Assembly: GCA_040756655.1 (NCBI GenBank)
Contig: JBFLYN010000005.1
Location: 4,563-68,562, forward strand
Source of the DNA: Bacillota bacterium
GTDB taxonomy: Bacteria; Bacillota; Sulfobacillia; UBA8153
Direction of reading: 5' to 3'
DNA: 64,000 nt
Part shown: positions 1 through 10,049 of the stretch, one piece after another
Layout of the letters: each line of letters starts with the position of its first letter
Position numbering within the stretch: the first letter of the stretch is position 1
Position numbers and translations under genes: made by a program
The notes under the pieces: model-generated
The model's input: only the letters and a program-made list of their open reading frames with translations
Told to the model about the DNA's origin: nothing
Databases searched by the model: none

Positions 1-182
1 CTGAGAGCTTCGATACCCACCCCGCCATAACCTGCATACAGATCCAGAAATGAAGCACCGGGTACCCGGGCGGCAATGATGGAAAAGAGCGCTTCTTTGA
101 CTCGATCCGGGGTGGGACGGACCTCCACCCCGCCTCCAGACCGGAGTTTACGTCCGCGAGCCAGTCCCGCTATTACCCGCAT
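1..182 (-). CDS. rsmD: 16S rRNA (guanine966-N2)-methyltransferase RsmD, N-terminal part; C-terminus lies beyond the window start
   Basis: Minus-strand translation from the ATG at 182 gives MRVIAGLARGRKLRSGGGVEVRPTPDRVKEALFSIIAARVPGASFLDLYAGYGGVGIEAL, the classic RsmD N-terminus. A GGAGGTGG RBS lies at 183-194 on the complementary strand. Confidence 0.8.
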   Translation of the reverse strand, partial: MRVIAGLARGRKLRSGGGVEVRPTPDRVKEALFSIIAARVPGASFLDLYAGYGGVGIEAL

Positions 183-465
183 CCTGCCACCTCCCGGCCG
201 ATCTTATTGCCAAAAACATCCAGTGGCAAAGTCTGCATAGAATCTGCCTCACACGCCAAAGAATAGTAGTGCAAGAGTCGGGGACTGTCTAATCAACATT
301 CCCGGTTGATTGACAACCCTCCCCCATAGGCTCTTCCTCCGGTTTCTCCTCTCCCATATCGTTGGTGCAGCATGTGGAATGCAGCACCAACCTTTTTTTG
401 CTTTCCCGGGGCAAAAGGCCACGCCTGCCCCGCAGTGCGGTAACAGGCGTTCATCTATGCCCGCT

Positions 466-1236
466 TTAGTTTCTTGCATTCCCCCGCTGGTATTCCACGA
501 GGGCATCGGTTAGGGCGGTTAGAGTATCCAGGGCCTGGACTATGCGGTCCACATCGCAGAGTTTGCCCGGTTCATATATGGAGACACCGGCGGGGTTTAG
601 TTCGATCCCCCGGATCCCGGTAGAGCCCAGCGCCGCAATGGCCCGGCGCACTGGTTCTGTGAGAACAGCCGCGACCTCCTTTTCGTCGCGGCCCACGATC
701 ACGTACTCACGGTCAAAGCCAGCATCGCCAGTGAGAGTCTGCTTGCGGTGCTGGGGGAGCTCCTTCACACTGGCCCGGAGATAGAGAGTAAAGCCGGTCG
801 GCTTGGACTTGTGGTGCACTGCCACCCGGGTTGACTCCGGACCTTGCCAGTCGAAATCCACGCCCGACGGGATGCGCACGGTGCAAAGATGCCCCCGGTA
901 CTGGCCGGCCAGGTACGGGAAGCTGCCCTCAAATTTCCACTCGCGAGTGTCACTATCCCAGCGCCAGCGGATATCTTTCCTGAGCCGTTGGTGGAGCGGC
1001 GCGTCTTGGCCGGTGACCACGGTCATGTCAGTACGTACGGCCGCCGCTTCCAAGGCCGTGACGAAGCGGTTACGCACGTACCGGTTGATGGCCACGGCCA
1101 GGATGCCGCCCAGCACTAGGAGGAGCATGGCGACGCGCCCGCCCTGTTCGAGCAGTACCATGGCCAAAGCAACCAGGACTGCCACGACGGCCATCATGTA
1201 CGCGATGAGCCTCTTCTCGTAAGACATGGATCTCAC
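466..1236 (-). CDS. hypothetical membrane-anchored protein with two N-terminal TM helices and a globular C-terminal domain
   Basis: 256-aa ORF. The hydrophobic N-terminus (AYMMAVVAVLVALAMVLL / AMLLLVLGGILAVAI) is followed by a soluble domain. No family was recognised. Confidence 0.5.
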   Translation of the reverse strand: MRSMSYEKRLIAYMMAVVAVLVALAMVLLEQGGRVAMLLLVLGGILAVAINRYVRNRFVTALEAAAVRTDMTVVTGQDAPLHQRLRKDIRWRWDSDTREWKFEGSFPYLAGQYRGHLCTVRIPSGVDFDWQGPESTRVAVHHKSKPTGFTLYLRASVKELPQHRKQTLTGDAGFDREYVIVGRDEKEVAAVLTEPVRRAIAALGSTGIRGIELNPAGVSIYEPGKLCDVDRIVQALDTLTALTDALVEYQRGNARN

Positions 1237-1291
1237 CCTCCGTCTCCAATCTTTGCCTTAACACTTCTCCGCGATTTGGAAAAAACCTCCG

Positions 1292-1747
1292 TCAGCTCCC
1301 TCTGGCTAGCAGCAGTTTCGCTCCGAGAGCAAATATCAAGAGCCCCAGGAGCTTCCACCAGTTTAACTCGATGCGCTGGAGGCCGAACCACCCAAAGTTG
1401 TCAATAAGAAGCGCCGTCAGCACCTGCCCGGTGATAATGGCGGTGGTGGCCGGGGCCACGCCGACCCGGGCAATGCTGGCCACCACACCGTAGATGATGA
1501 TCACGCTCAGCGGTCCCCCAAGCAAGAGATACCAGGGTACTGAAATGACCTTGGCCAGTCCGCCCTGGCCAAGACCGGGCATGAAAAGGAGACCGGCGAT
1601 GATGGCAGAACCGATGACGTGCACTATGAAAGCAGTTTCGAGAAGACCGGTGATCTTCCCCAGTGATGCGTTGAGCGCACCCTGAAAGGCCATGGCAATA
1701 CCGGCGACGGCGGCGATGGCCAGCGCTACGATGCTCTTGACCAACAA
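1292..1747 (-). CDS. small multi-pass membrane protein, DMT/DUF606-like transporter family
   Basis: 151-aa ORF with four predicted TM helices and a Gly/Ala-rich composition typical of half-size DMT (YdcZ-like) proteins. Confidence 0.5.
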   Translation of the reverse strand: MLVKSIVALAIAAVAGIAMAFQGALNASLGKITGLLETAFIVHVIGSAIIAGLLFMPGLGQGGLAKVISVPWYLLLGGPLSVIIIYGVVASIARVGVAPATTAIITGQVLTALLIDNFGWFGLQRIELNWWKLLGLLIFALGAKLLLARGS

Positions 1748-1798
1748 CAGCTCTCCCCTGCGCTTTGTCCGGTATATTATGCCAGCGCTGGCAGCTTC

Positions 1799-2391
1799 TC
1801 ATCCCAGCCAGAGCACCAACAACGCCTGGATGAAGCCGATGATGGCTCCCAGCACGGCGCCGGTTACCTCGATGACTCTAAGCTCTCTACCTGCCACTGA
1901 GCGGACCAGACGTTCGACCTCGGAAAGGTCCAAGGTCTCCAATTTGGCCGCCACTACCCCGGCCACGTCCATCCGATCGGTAAGCTCGTCCAGCAAGCGC
2001 CTGAAGTCGCGTTCAAGCCATTCTTGGACTTCGCGCTGGGCATACCCATAAAACTCGTTGATGATGACGGATCTAAGGGGGACGAAGGCCGGCAGCTTCT
2101 GGTCCAACCTCTCGGTTAGGGCACCGGCAAAAACGTGAGACAGGCGCAGCCGGAGTTGCCCGTGGTTAAGCTGCCGGGCAATATCGGAGCTGGAGAGGAG
2201 GTCACTGGCAACGTGTCCGGCAACAGTCTCCACCAGCACCCGGCGGTTTTTGGGAATAACCCCCTGAAACCAGCGAAGACCCAGCCAGGGCCGGTGAGGA
2301 CGGAACAGGAAGCTGATGGCCAGGTGGTTGGTGACCCAGCCGATGAAGGCCCCCAGCAAAGGGAGTATAACGAAGCGGGACAACGGCATCA
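1799..2391 (-). CDS. DUF445-like membrane protein
   Basis: Translation from the ATG at 2391 (MPLSRFVILPLLGAFIGWVTNHLAISFLFRP...IPKNRRVLVETVAGHVASDLL...) resembles the DUF445/YheB family. The upstream part of the 301-aa ORF in the track is low-complexity and probably not coding. Confidence 0.5.
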
Positions 2392-2504
2392 CCCCTGTCC
2401 GTGCCGTATCTTCGCGGGGGCGTGCCAGTATCCCTCGCGTATAAACTCCCTGGCGCAGAAAAAACCTAGCTGGGAAAGCGATTTTGCCGTTAGGAGGTCG
2501 GGCT

Positions 2505-3494
2505 TTGAGCCGGCAATCCTTTGTAGACCTGTGCCACCCCCGTACCGACTTGGCCCTTGAGGAAAGCGAGCGGTTACGCGCCCAGACCGGGCAGGAACTA
2601 CCTGGTGTTTCTGTCAAGGAAGAGCAGGAAGACTCCATCACCATCACCCGCGTGCACATCTTCTCCCGCGAAGGAGAGGAACTCATGGGGAAGGTGCAAG
2701 GCAACTACATTACCATAGAGGCCCCGCGGCTTAAAGTCCGCGATACCGAAGTGCAAGAAAAGGCCGCACAGATCCTGGCCCGCGAATTGGGGGGACTCAT
2801 GCAACCGCTGTACAACGGAGGAGAAGTGCTCGTGGTGGGCCTGGGCAACTGGCAGGCCACCCCGGATGCACTGGGACCGCATGTAGTCGAAAACCTGCTC
2901 ATCACCAGGCACCTCAAAGACTACCTCCCCAAGAACCTCGGTAGCCGGCTGCGGCCGGTATGTGCCGTTGCACCCGGGGTGCTGGGCACCACCGGCATCG
3001 AAAGCAGTGACATCATCGCCGGAGTGATCCAGCGCGTTCGTCCCGGCCTGGTCATTGTCATCGATGCCCTGGCGGCCCGCAATGTGGAACGTATCATAAC
3101 CAGCATCCAGTTGTCTGATACGGGCATCCACCCCGGGTCGGGCGTGGGCAACCGCCGGGTGGGACTTACCCGGGAGACCCTAGGGGTTCCTGTGATGGCC
3201 ATCGGCGTCCCCACGGTGGTGCACGCCATCACCATAGCCGCCAACGCCGTGGACATCCTGGTCCGCCAGTTGGGCCAGCGCAAGGAGTTCTACGGAATAC
3301 TGGCCTCCATGTCCGGCTCCGACAAAAACCGGCTCATCGACGAAGTGCTCAGCCCAACCGTGGGTGACTTGATGGTCACGCCGAAGGAAATCGACGTTTA
3401 CATCGAGGATATGGCCCGGGTGTTGGCCAGCGGGCTGAACGCGGCGCTTCAACCCGGCGTAAGTCACGAGGAACTCCTGGGGTTTTTGCATTAG
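2505..3494 (+). CDS. gpr: germination protease GPR (spore endopeptidase that degrades SASPs)
   Basis: The protein ...SFVDLCHPRTDLALEESERL...GEVLVVGLGNWQATPDALGPHVVENL...GIESSDIIAGVIQ...LVIVIDALAARNVERI...GVPVMAIGVPTVV... matches the GPR family along its whole length. The likely start is the TTG at 2505, preceded by AGGAGG at 2492-2497; the ORF in the track starts at the TTG at 2484. Confidence 0.85.
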   Translation: MSRQSFVDLCHPRTDLALEESERLRAQTGQELPGVSVKEEQEDSITITRVHIFSREGEELMGKVQGNYITIEAPRLKVRDTEVQEKAAQILARELGGLMQPLYNGGEVLVVGLGNWQATPDALGPHVVENLLITRHLKDYLPKNLGSRLRPVCAVAPGVLGTTGIESSDIIAGVIQRVRPGLVIVIDALAARNVERIITSIQLSDTGIHPGSGVGNRRVGLTRETLGVPVMAIGVPTVVHAITIAANAVDILVRQLGQRKEFYGILASMSGSDKNRLIDEVLSPTVGDLMVTPKEIDVYIEDMARVLASGLNAALQPGVSHEELLGFLH

Positions 3495-3540
3495 AAATTC
3501 GAAACGGGCGGCGGCGCCGCCCGTCTTTCACATATCGGTG

Positions 3541-3765
3541 TTATCTGGTGCCTCCGGTACGCCCGGCCAGACTTTGTTCTGCCAGTTGGATCATTCTGCG
3601 GACCATATGTCCTCCGACGGCACCACAGTCTCTGGAAGTAAGGTTGCCCCAGTAATCACCCGGGGGGTTGATCCCGAGATCAGCCGCAACCTCGTACTTG
3701 AACTGGTCCAGCGCCATGCGGGCTTCCGGGATCAGCACCTGGTTTGTCCTCTGACCCTGTCCCAC
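3541..3765 (-). CDS. alpha/beta-type small acid-soluble spore protein (SASP)
   Basis: GTG start at 3765 with a GGGAGGTG RBS. The protein VGQGQRTNQVLIPEARMALDQFKYEVAADLGI...TSRDCGAVGGHMVRRMIQLAEQ carries the diagnostic SASP motifs (NQLLVPGA...IDQMKYEIA...TSRANGSVGG...RLV.LAEQ). Confidence 0.85.
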   Translation of the reverse strand: MGQGQRTNQVLIPEARMALDQFKYEVAADLGINPPGDYWGNLTSRDCGAVGGHMVRRMIQLAEQSLAGRTGGTR

Positions 3766-3794
3766 TTATCTCACCTCCCTTTTTATCCTCCAAC

Positions 3795-3826
3795 CATATT
3801 GTTTTACTGCTAACACGCTTTTATGC
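3795..3826 (-). promoter_or_regulatory. candidate forespore sigma (sigmaG-type) promoter for the SASP gene
   Basis: On the minus strand, GCATA lies about 18-20 nt upstream of ACAATAT/CAATATG, roughly 30 nt upstream of the SASP start. It resembles the GNATR-N18-CATNNTA consensus but the match is imperfect. Confidence 0.35.
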
Positions 3827-4119
3827 TGGGATTCTTTGCTGCACGCACGCGCACGTCAACCTGGTAGTAGTTTTGTCCATACATGATCTTGTATACTGGC
3901 ATTGTTTGCCCGGCCTTCCACCCAGAAGTTCCGCACGTGAGTAGGTAAAATCCGGGTTTGAGCAGGGCAAGGGAAGGGGTTTGATTGGCGGGGCTAATTC
4001 GAATGGTTTGGCCGAGTTTGCCATCGGTTCGATCGGTTCAATCAGTTAGCTCAAAACTTCCAATTGCAGCTTTATCCCACTTAAAAGGAATTTCCCTTGG
4101 CCGGGTGTAACTGGTACTT

Positions 4120-5369
4120 ATGATAAAAGAGCCAGTACAGACCAAGGGAAAACTTGCTCGGCGGTTCATGGGCTACGCTAACAGAGTGTTCGGCTTCTGT
4201 CAGCGCCTGAGAACGCTGGCCGATCGGCGTCCAAAACCCCAGCTCTCGCTGTCCGTCTGCGTAGCTAGCGAGCCTGGTCTTAGCTATCATCTACCGGTTG
4301 GGTAGCCTCCACCAATTGGAGGCGACCTTGCGGACCCGGGCATGGGAAGCAGCCTTGGGCCGCAGGCAACCTCGCCCGAGCGCGGATACGCTGGCCCGGA
4401 CTCTGCAGCAACTAGAGGCCAACGAACTGTGGACTTATAACCAGGCGAGCAGGCCCGCCACAACAAAGTATGGTCAGGTGGAAGCATCGGCGGGCTTATG
4501 GTGATCGCGGTCGACGGGACGGAGCTCTACAAGACCAAGGCCCCACAGCGTGCTTGCAAAAACTGCAGCACCCGTACCTTGAAAAATGGCAAGGTGCAGT
4601 ATTACGAACGGGTAGTGGCCGTATCCCTGGTAGGCCGGGCTCCCCGGGTGCTCTATACCATTGAGCCGCAACGACCGGGGGAGGATGAACCGGCGGCGGC
4701 CTATCGAGCCCTAAGGCAGCTTTATGCTCACAACCCACGCTATGCGGACTGCTGGACGCTGGATGCGCTCTATGCTCGGGCAGAGTTGATCAACCTGGCG
4801 CTGGAGCAGCATCAAGACGTGGTGGTGAAGGTGCGGCAAAAAGAGCGGCACTTGATCCGGGATGCCGAGGGACTATTTGCCAAGCAAGCCCCGGTCTATA
4901 GCGCTCGGGGGGTCACCTTGGCGGAGCGGCCCGGGGTAGTCTACGACCTGGAACTCTGGGAAGCGTATGAGCTGACCACCTGGGATGGGGTCAAGACCCC
5001 GCTGCGCTGCCTGCGGGTAAAGCAGGTACGGCGGACCATTACCATCTTGTAACGACTCTGGGCGGCGCCTACACGGCCAAACTGGTCTGGGCAATCGCTT
5101 TACGGAGGTGGGATATGGAAAACTGTATCTTTCATGACCTCAAGACTCACTGGCACTTAACGCACTGTTACCATCACGAGCAGCCGGCGTTGTACAACCT
5201 GTACCTTTTGTATTGCCTGGCGTTCAACCTGTTCATGCTCTTTTTTCACCGCCAGCTGCGGTCCCCTGAACGAGAGCGGTATAACTACACCGCGCTGGCA
5301 CGCCAGCTGGGTGAAGAGTTGATGCTGCTGGACGTAGCCATCTGGAGGTTGCCCCGCGGTCCTGATTGA
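4120..5369 (+). pseudogene. frameshifted DDE transposase (IS4/IS701-like, DDE_Tnp_1 superfamily) remnant, i.e. a degenerate IS element
   Basis: Four consecutive plus-strand ORFs in three different frames (4120-4305, 4298-4504, 4498-5052, 5115-5369) together span about 420 aa. VIAVDGTELYK and YADCWTLDALYA resemble DDE transposase motifs. The flanking sequence at 3800-4110 is AT-rich relative to the rest of the window. Confidence 0.6.
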
Positions 5370-5573
5370 CCCCAGGCTCGGGTGGTGAGATGCAAGGTGC
5401 CAGTGCAATAAGAGCGAAAGGAAGACCGCGCTTGCGGTCCGAGACGGTTTAAGCGGGCAACGGTTGCTTCCGGTATCATGACTCGACTCCCCCACTTGAC
5501 TACGCAAATGGCAGCAGCTGGGGGCAGATGCGGAACCTCTGCCTTCCACCGGAAACAATCGCAAACCAGCGGG

Positions 5574-7649
5574 CTAACCAGTAAAGAGGAGACCGAAGCT
5601 TCTGCCGAACCGAGACAACACCATCCTGCGCAGGGCGCCGTGTTCGGGCTGAGAAAGCGTCGGGTCGCCGCCCACCAGGGCAATGGCCTCTGTCCGGGCC
5701 AGCTCTACCAGCTCGAGATCCCTGACTGGATCAGCTACTTTGAAATCTGGTAACCCGTGTTGCCTGGTGCCGAAAAACTCGCCGGGGCCCCTTAGCATAA
5801 GGTCCTCTTCGGCCAGTTTAAAGCCATCGGTAACTCGCTCCATGACCTCCAGCCGCTGCCGCGCCTGGTCGGTGCGCGGCTCTCCCACGAGAATGCAGAA
5901 CGACTGTTCGTGGCCCCGGCCCACCCGGCCCCGTAGCTGGTGTAGCTGGGAAAGACCGAACCTGTCGGCCCCTTCAATGACCATGACGGTGGCGTTGGGT
6001 ACGTCCACTCCCACCTCGATGACAGTGGTACATACCACCACCTGCAACTGGTGTTCACGAAATGCCTGCATGGTCGCATGTTTGAGCTTCGCCGCCATGC
6101 GGCCGTGCAACAGCCCGACCCTCAGGCCCCGCAGGGCACCGCGGGACAGCTCCTGGGCCAGCTCGGTGGCTGCTTCAGCCTCCAGTTTGTCCGACTCGGC
6201 CACCAGCGGGCACACCACGTAAGCCTGCCGGCCGGCCTCCACCTGCTCGCGCACGAACCGGTAGACCAGCGGCCTCCGGTCCTCCCGGCGCCAGAAAGTT
6301 CTCACCGGCCGCCGGCCCGGGGGGAGCTCGTCCACGGAAGAAACGTCCAAGTCTCCATAGATGGTCAGAGCCAGGGTGCGGGGAATGGGCGTGGCGGTCA
6401 TCACCAGTACGTCGGGACACGCCCCCTTTTGTTGGAGCAGGGCACGCTGGCGTACCCCAAACCGGTGCTGCTCATCGGTGACTGCCAAGCTCAAGTTGGA
6501 AAACCCCACCGGATCCTGGATGAGAGCATGAGTGCCCACCACCACGTCCAACCCGCCCCTGGACAGAAGCTCCCGCAGCTTTGCCCGTTGGCCCTTGTCA
6601 GTGCTGCCCGTCAGCAACGCGATCCGGACGCCGGCAGGCTCAAGATAACTCCTGAGGTTGGCATAGTGCTGCTCAGCCAAAAGCTCGGTGGGCGCCATGA
6701 GCGCGGCCTGCCTGCCGCTGTCCACTGCCTTGGCCATGGCCAGGGCCGCCACCACCGTCTTACCCGAACCCACGTCGCCCTGCACCAGTCGGTTCATGGG
6801 CGCGGGGCTGGCCATGTCCTGCCAGACTTCGCCGGTGACTCGCTCCTGGGCCCGGGTCAGCCGGAAAGGGAGCCCGGCCAGCACCTGGCTAACCGCGCGG
6901 CCATTCGGCCCGTGACTTACTCCCAGGCGTTGCTGGCTGTACAGCCTGCGGAACTGTGACAGGGCCACCTGCAGCACGAACAACTCCTCGAAAGCCAAGC
7001 GACGACGAGCCTGTTCCAGCGCGCCCAGGTCAGGCGGGAAATGCATGTCGCGCAGGGCCTGTTCCGCCGCGACCAGGCCGGTACGGGCCCGCAAGTCTGC
7101 AGGCAGAGCTTCAGGAAGGACACCGGCATAGCGCTGGGTGGCCTCAAACATGATCTTGCGCAGGCCCGTCTGGGTAAGGCCCGCGCCCAGGGGATAGACC
7201 GGCACCAGCCGTCCGGTACTCAGGTTCTCAGCCTGACCGGGGAATTCAAACTCGGGGGCGTCCACCTGGAGTTCGCCAAAGCGCCGCTCCACCCGGCCGG
7301 TTACCACCAGTTCAACACCGGGGCGGAAGGTGCGTTTCATGTAGGGCTGGTTCCACCATAGTGCCATTACCATGCCAGTGCCGTCGCTAATGCCCACCTT
7401 AACCAGGTGTTTGCCCGGCCGAGGATGAAGCTCGCTTACCGAAACCACCCGCCCGCGGAAGGTCTGGCGGACACCCTCTTGCAGCTGGGAAAGGGGCTTG
7501 AGACTGGTGCGGTCATCGTGGTACCTGGGGTAGTGCTCCAAGAGCTGGGCAACACTAGTCAGGCCCAGGCGCTCCAAGGCCCGGGCCCGGGCCGGACCTA
7601 CTCCCTTGACGTATTGCAGACCCTGGTCAACCCCGGCTCCATCCGACAT
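5574..7649 (-). CDS. recG: ATP-dependent DNA helicase RecG
   Basis: Translation from the ATG at 7649 gives MSDGAGVDQGLQYVKGVGPARARALERLGLTSVAQLLEHYPRY..., followed by a wedge domain and SF2 helicase motifs (GDVGSGKT, DEQHRFG). The family match is unambiguous. Confidence 0.95.
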   Translation of the reverse strand: MSDGAGVDQGLQYVKGVGPARARALERLGLTSVAQLLEHYPRYHDDRTSLKPLSQLQEGVRQTFRGRVVSVSELHPRPGKHLVKVGISDGTGMVMALWWNQPYMKRTFRPGVELVVTGRVERRFGELQVDAPEFEFPGQAENLSTGRLVPVYPLGAGLTQTGLRKIMFEATQRYAGVLPEALPADLRARTGLVAAEQALRDMHFPPDLGALEQARRRLAFEELFVLQVALSQFRRLYSQQRLGVSHGPNGRAVSQVLAGLPFRLTRAQERVTGEVWQDMASPAPMNRLVQGDVGSGKTVVAALAMAKAVDSGRQAALMAPTELLAEQHYANLRSYLEPAGVRIALLTGSTDKGQRAKLRELLSRGGLDVVVGTHALIQDPVGFSNLSLAVTDEQHRFGVRQRALLQQKGACPDVLVMTATPIPRTLALTIYGDLDVSSVDELPPGRRPVRTFWRREDRRPLVYRFVREQVEAGRQAYVVCPLVAESDKLEAEAATELAQELSRGALRGLRVGLLHGRMAAKLKHATMQAFREHQLQVVVCTTVIEVGVDVPNATVMVIEGADRFGLSQLHQLRGRVGRGHEQSFCILVGEPRTDQARQRLEVMERVTDGFKLAEEDLMLRGPGEFFGTRQHGLPDFKVADPVRDLELVELARTEAIALVGGDPTLSQPEHGALRRMVLSRFGRSFGLLFTG

Positions 7650-7665
7650 AGGCTTCGCCCTGCCC

Positions 7666-9303
7666 CTACTCCACCGAAACGATGAAGTAGTAAAGCTCCT
7701 GGTCACCGCGGCGGACTTCCACGTCCAGGAAACCGTAGCGCTCCGCCACCCAGCTCTCCACTTCCCCGGCCTGGTCATCGCCTATGCCCCGGCCCACGAA
7801 GACGGTGACCAGTTCATCCCGGTCCGTGACCATGGTCTCCAAAAGGTCGAACAACACCTGGCAGGGCTCGCTCCCCACCACCTTGATGGTGTCGTTGAGG
7901 ATGCCCAAGATGTCGCCGGGGTTGATCTGGTGGCCATCGAACTTGCTCTTGCGCACAGCGTAGGTGACTTCCCCTGACTTGACGCCCTTAATAGCCTTGG
8001 CCGCCCGCTTGAGGTTGGTGCCCATGTCAGCCTCGGGCCTGATGGCCAAAAGCGCGGCGATGCCCTGGGGGATGTTGCGTGTCGGGACAATGTACATCCT
8101 CCGGCCCACCAGTTTCTTGGCCTGCTTGGCCGCAAGGATGATGTTGGGGTTGTTGGGCAAAAAGATCACTTTTTTGGCATTTGTGCTGGAAACCGCTTCA
8201 GCCACATCCTGGATGCTGGGGTTCATGGTGGGACCGCCGTCGATGACCCGGTCTAGGCCCAGGCTCCTGAACATCTCGATGAGCCCGCCGCCGGACGCCA
8301 CGCCCACCACACCGATATCCCGGGGAGGCGCCGTCTCGACCGATGTGGACATGGGGACCGTGGAAGTTCCCTCTGCGGTCTTTAGATTTTCGTGTTGCTC
8401 CAGCATGTTATCGATGATGATCTGGGACAGGGCGCCGTAGCCCAGGCAGAGTGAGAGCACCTGGCCGGGCCGGTCGGTGTGGATGTGGACCCGCACCAGT
8501 TCTGGTGAACCCACCACCAGCAACGAATCGCCATACTCTTCTAGTCGCGACCGGATCTCGTCCACGGGCATGCGCTGGGACTTGATCAAAAACTGGGCAT
8601 CGTAGGGGTAACGGATGTCGGCCATCTCTTCGGTGACCACGAACTCCACCGCTTTGGCGCTGGTGGCCGCCACCGCCGGTTCCATGATCCCCGCCAGGGC
8701 GTTCATGCCCGCGTCCAGCACGAACACCAAGCCTTTGCCGCCGGCGTCCACCACTCCCGCCTGCTTGAGAACAGGCAGCATGTCCGGGGTCCGGGCCAAG
8801 GTATGGTGGGCTGCCGAACGCGCCGCTTCCCACACGGCCAGGATGTCCCCGCCATCTTGCGCCGCAGCCAGGGCTTTGCGGGCCGCCTCCTTGGCTACGG
8901 TCAGTACCGTGCCCTCCACTGGCTTCATCACTGCCTTGTAGGCGGTATCCACACCTTCTTTGAGGGCCTGTGCCAGTTCCCGAGGACTGGCGGTGGCTTT
9001 GCCCTCCAGGCCCTTGGCGATGCCCCGGAACAGCTGGGACATGATGACCCCGGAATTGCCCCGCGCCCCCATGAGCGAGCCCATGGCCACCGCCTGGGCG
9101 ACCTGGCCCACGCTGGAGGCGGGTTTACGGTTCATCTCGGCCACTGCCGACATGAGCGTAAGGGACATGTTGGTTCCTGTATCTCCGTCGGGCACCGGGA
9201 AGACGTTCAGGGCGTCCACTGCTGCCTTGTAGCGTTCCAGCAGGTTGCTGGCTGCCACTATCATCGATTTGAGGTTTTCTCCGCCCAGCAGCTCCAACTC
9301 CAA
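7666..9303 (-). CDS. yloV: DAK2 domain fusion protein YloV
   Basis: The N-terminal Dak2 domain (NVFPVPDGDTGTNM) and the C-terminal YloV-specific domain are both present. The gene order asp23-yloV-recG is conserved. Confidence 0.9.
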   Translation of the reverse strand: MELELLGGENLKSMIVAASNLLERYKAAVDALNVFPVPDGDTGTNMSLTLMSAVAEMNRKPASSVGQVAQAVAMGSLMGARGNSGVIMSQLFRGIAKGLEGKATASPRELAQALKEGVDTAYKAVMKPVEGTVLTVAKEAARKALAAAQDGGDILAVWEAARSAAHHTLARTPDMLPVLKQAGVVDAGGKGLVFVLDAGMNALAGIMEPAVAATSAKAVEFVVTEEMADIRYPYDAQFLIKSQRMPVDEIRSRLEEYGDSLLVVGSPELVRVHIHTDRPGQVLSLCLGYGALSQIIIDNMLEQHENLKTAEGTSTVPMSTSVETAPPRDIGVVGVASGGGLIEMFRSLGLDRVIDGGPTMNPSIQDVAEAVSSTNAKKVIFLPNNPNIILAAKQAKKLVGRRMYIVPTRNIPQGIAALLAIRPEADMGTNLKRAAKAIKGVKSGEVTYAVRKSKFDGHQINPGDILGILNDTIKVVGSEPCQVLFDLLETMVTDRDELVTVFVGRGIGDDQAGEVESWVAERYGFLDVEVRRGDQELYYFIVSVE

Positions 9304-9314
9304 ACCCCCTGACC

Positions 9315-9677
9315 CTATCGTGGATTCACCCGCACGCCCTGAACGTTGACGCGTACCCGCGCCACCTTCAGACCGGTGCTGCTCTCCACGGTATACTTGA
9401 CCTTCTCCACCACGTTCCTGGCCACTTCAGGGATGCGGGTTCCATACCCGATCACGATGTTCAAAGCGATGGTCACGCGATCTCCGTCCAAATTCACTTC
9501 TACGCCCCGGGCCAGGTTCTCCCTTCCCAAAAGCTCGGCCAGCCCGTCGGCAACCTTGCGAGACGACATCCCCACGATGCCGTAGCACTCGGTGGCCGCC
9601 ACCCCGGCGATGGTAGCGATGACCTCCTCGGAGAGGATTACCTTGCCGATGCCGCTTTCGATTTCGTTGCCGCTCAC
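9315..9677 (-). CDS. Asp23/Gls24 family envelope stress protein (YloU)
   Basis: GTG start at 9677 with a G-rich RBS. The protein MSGNEIESGIGKVILSEEVIATIAGVAATECYGIVGM... matches the Asp23 family. Confidence 0.85.
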   Translation of the reverse strand: MSGNEIESGIGKVILSEEVIATIAGVAATECYGIVGMSSRKVADGLAELLGRENLARGVEVNLDGDRVTIALNIVIGYGTRIPEVARNVVEKVKYTVESSTGLKVARVRVNVQGVRVNPR

Positions 9678-9988
9678 CCGGACACCCCCCAAGGCTCGCT
9701 CCGTACTTAGAGTTAACCTGTTCGCTGTAAGGCACTGATTTCCTCCTTGGCTCAGCGTTCCCCGCCGCCTGCCGGCCCAACCTCAGCCCGGGCAGTCCTG
9801 GCTCACTGACTTGTCCCGCGTGAGGCCGGCGCACACCGCGGTAGCGCGGTGGCGGCACCGCCGACCGGGAGCCGGGCAGGGGACACAACAGCTGCACCAC
9901 CTGCGCGGGAAACTACGAGTCACTGGTTGCAGTGGCCAGCCAGCCTGCAAAAAACGGGGGAAAAACGCATGCCGCACGCACAGCTTTC

Positions 9989-10018
9989 TTGTCACAAGCC
10001 GGGTGGCTGTGGTAGAAT
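9989..10018 (+). promoter_or_regulatory. sigmaA-type promoter for rpmB
   Basis: TTGTCA at 9989-9994, an 18-nt spacer, then TAGAAT at 10013-10018, about 30 nt upstream of the rpmB ATG. Confidence 0.6.
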
Positions 10019-10049
10019 TGGTGTGTTGTCACGAAGGGAGAAATGAACC

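Noticed and set aside
249-513. 85-aa (minus) and 67-aa (plus) ORFs in the rsmD upstream region
   Set aside because: Their composition is not protein-like, they overlap each other, and they lie in a probable promoter region. No RBS or homology was found.
4020-4050. tRNA T-loop-like repeats (GGTTCGATCGGTTCAATC) near the IS remnant
   Set aside because: No acceptor stem, D-arm or anticodon arm can be built around it. It is more likely IS-end or junction debris than a tRNA gene.
5683-7361. Multiple long antisense or alternative-frame ORFs inside recG (for example 5683-6222 and 6051-6959, plus strand)
   Set aside because: These are typical high-GC shadow ORFs. Their translations are Pro/Arg/Gly/Ser-rich and low-complexity, and recG fully explains the locus. 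The same applies to similar ORFs inside carB, priA, prkC, the ATPase and the glucan genes.
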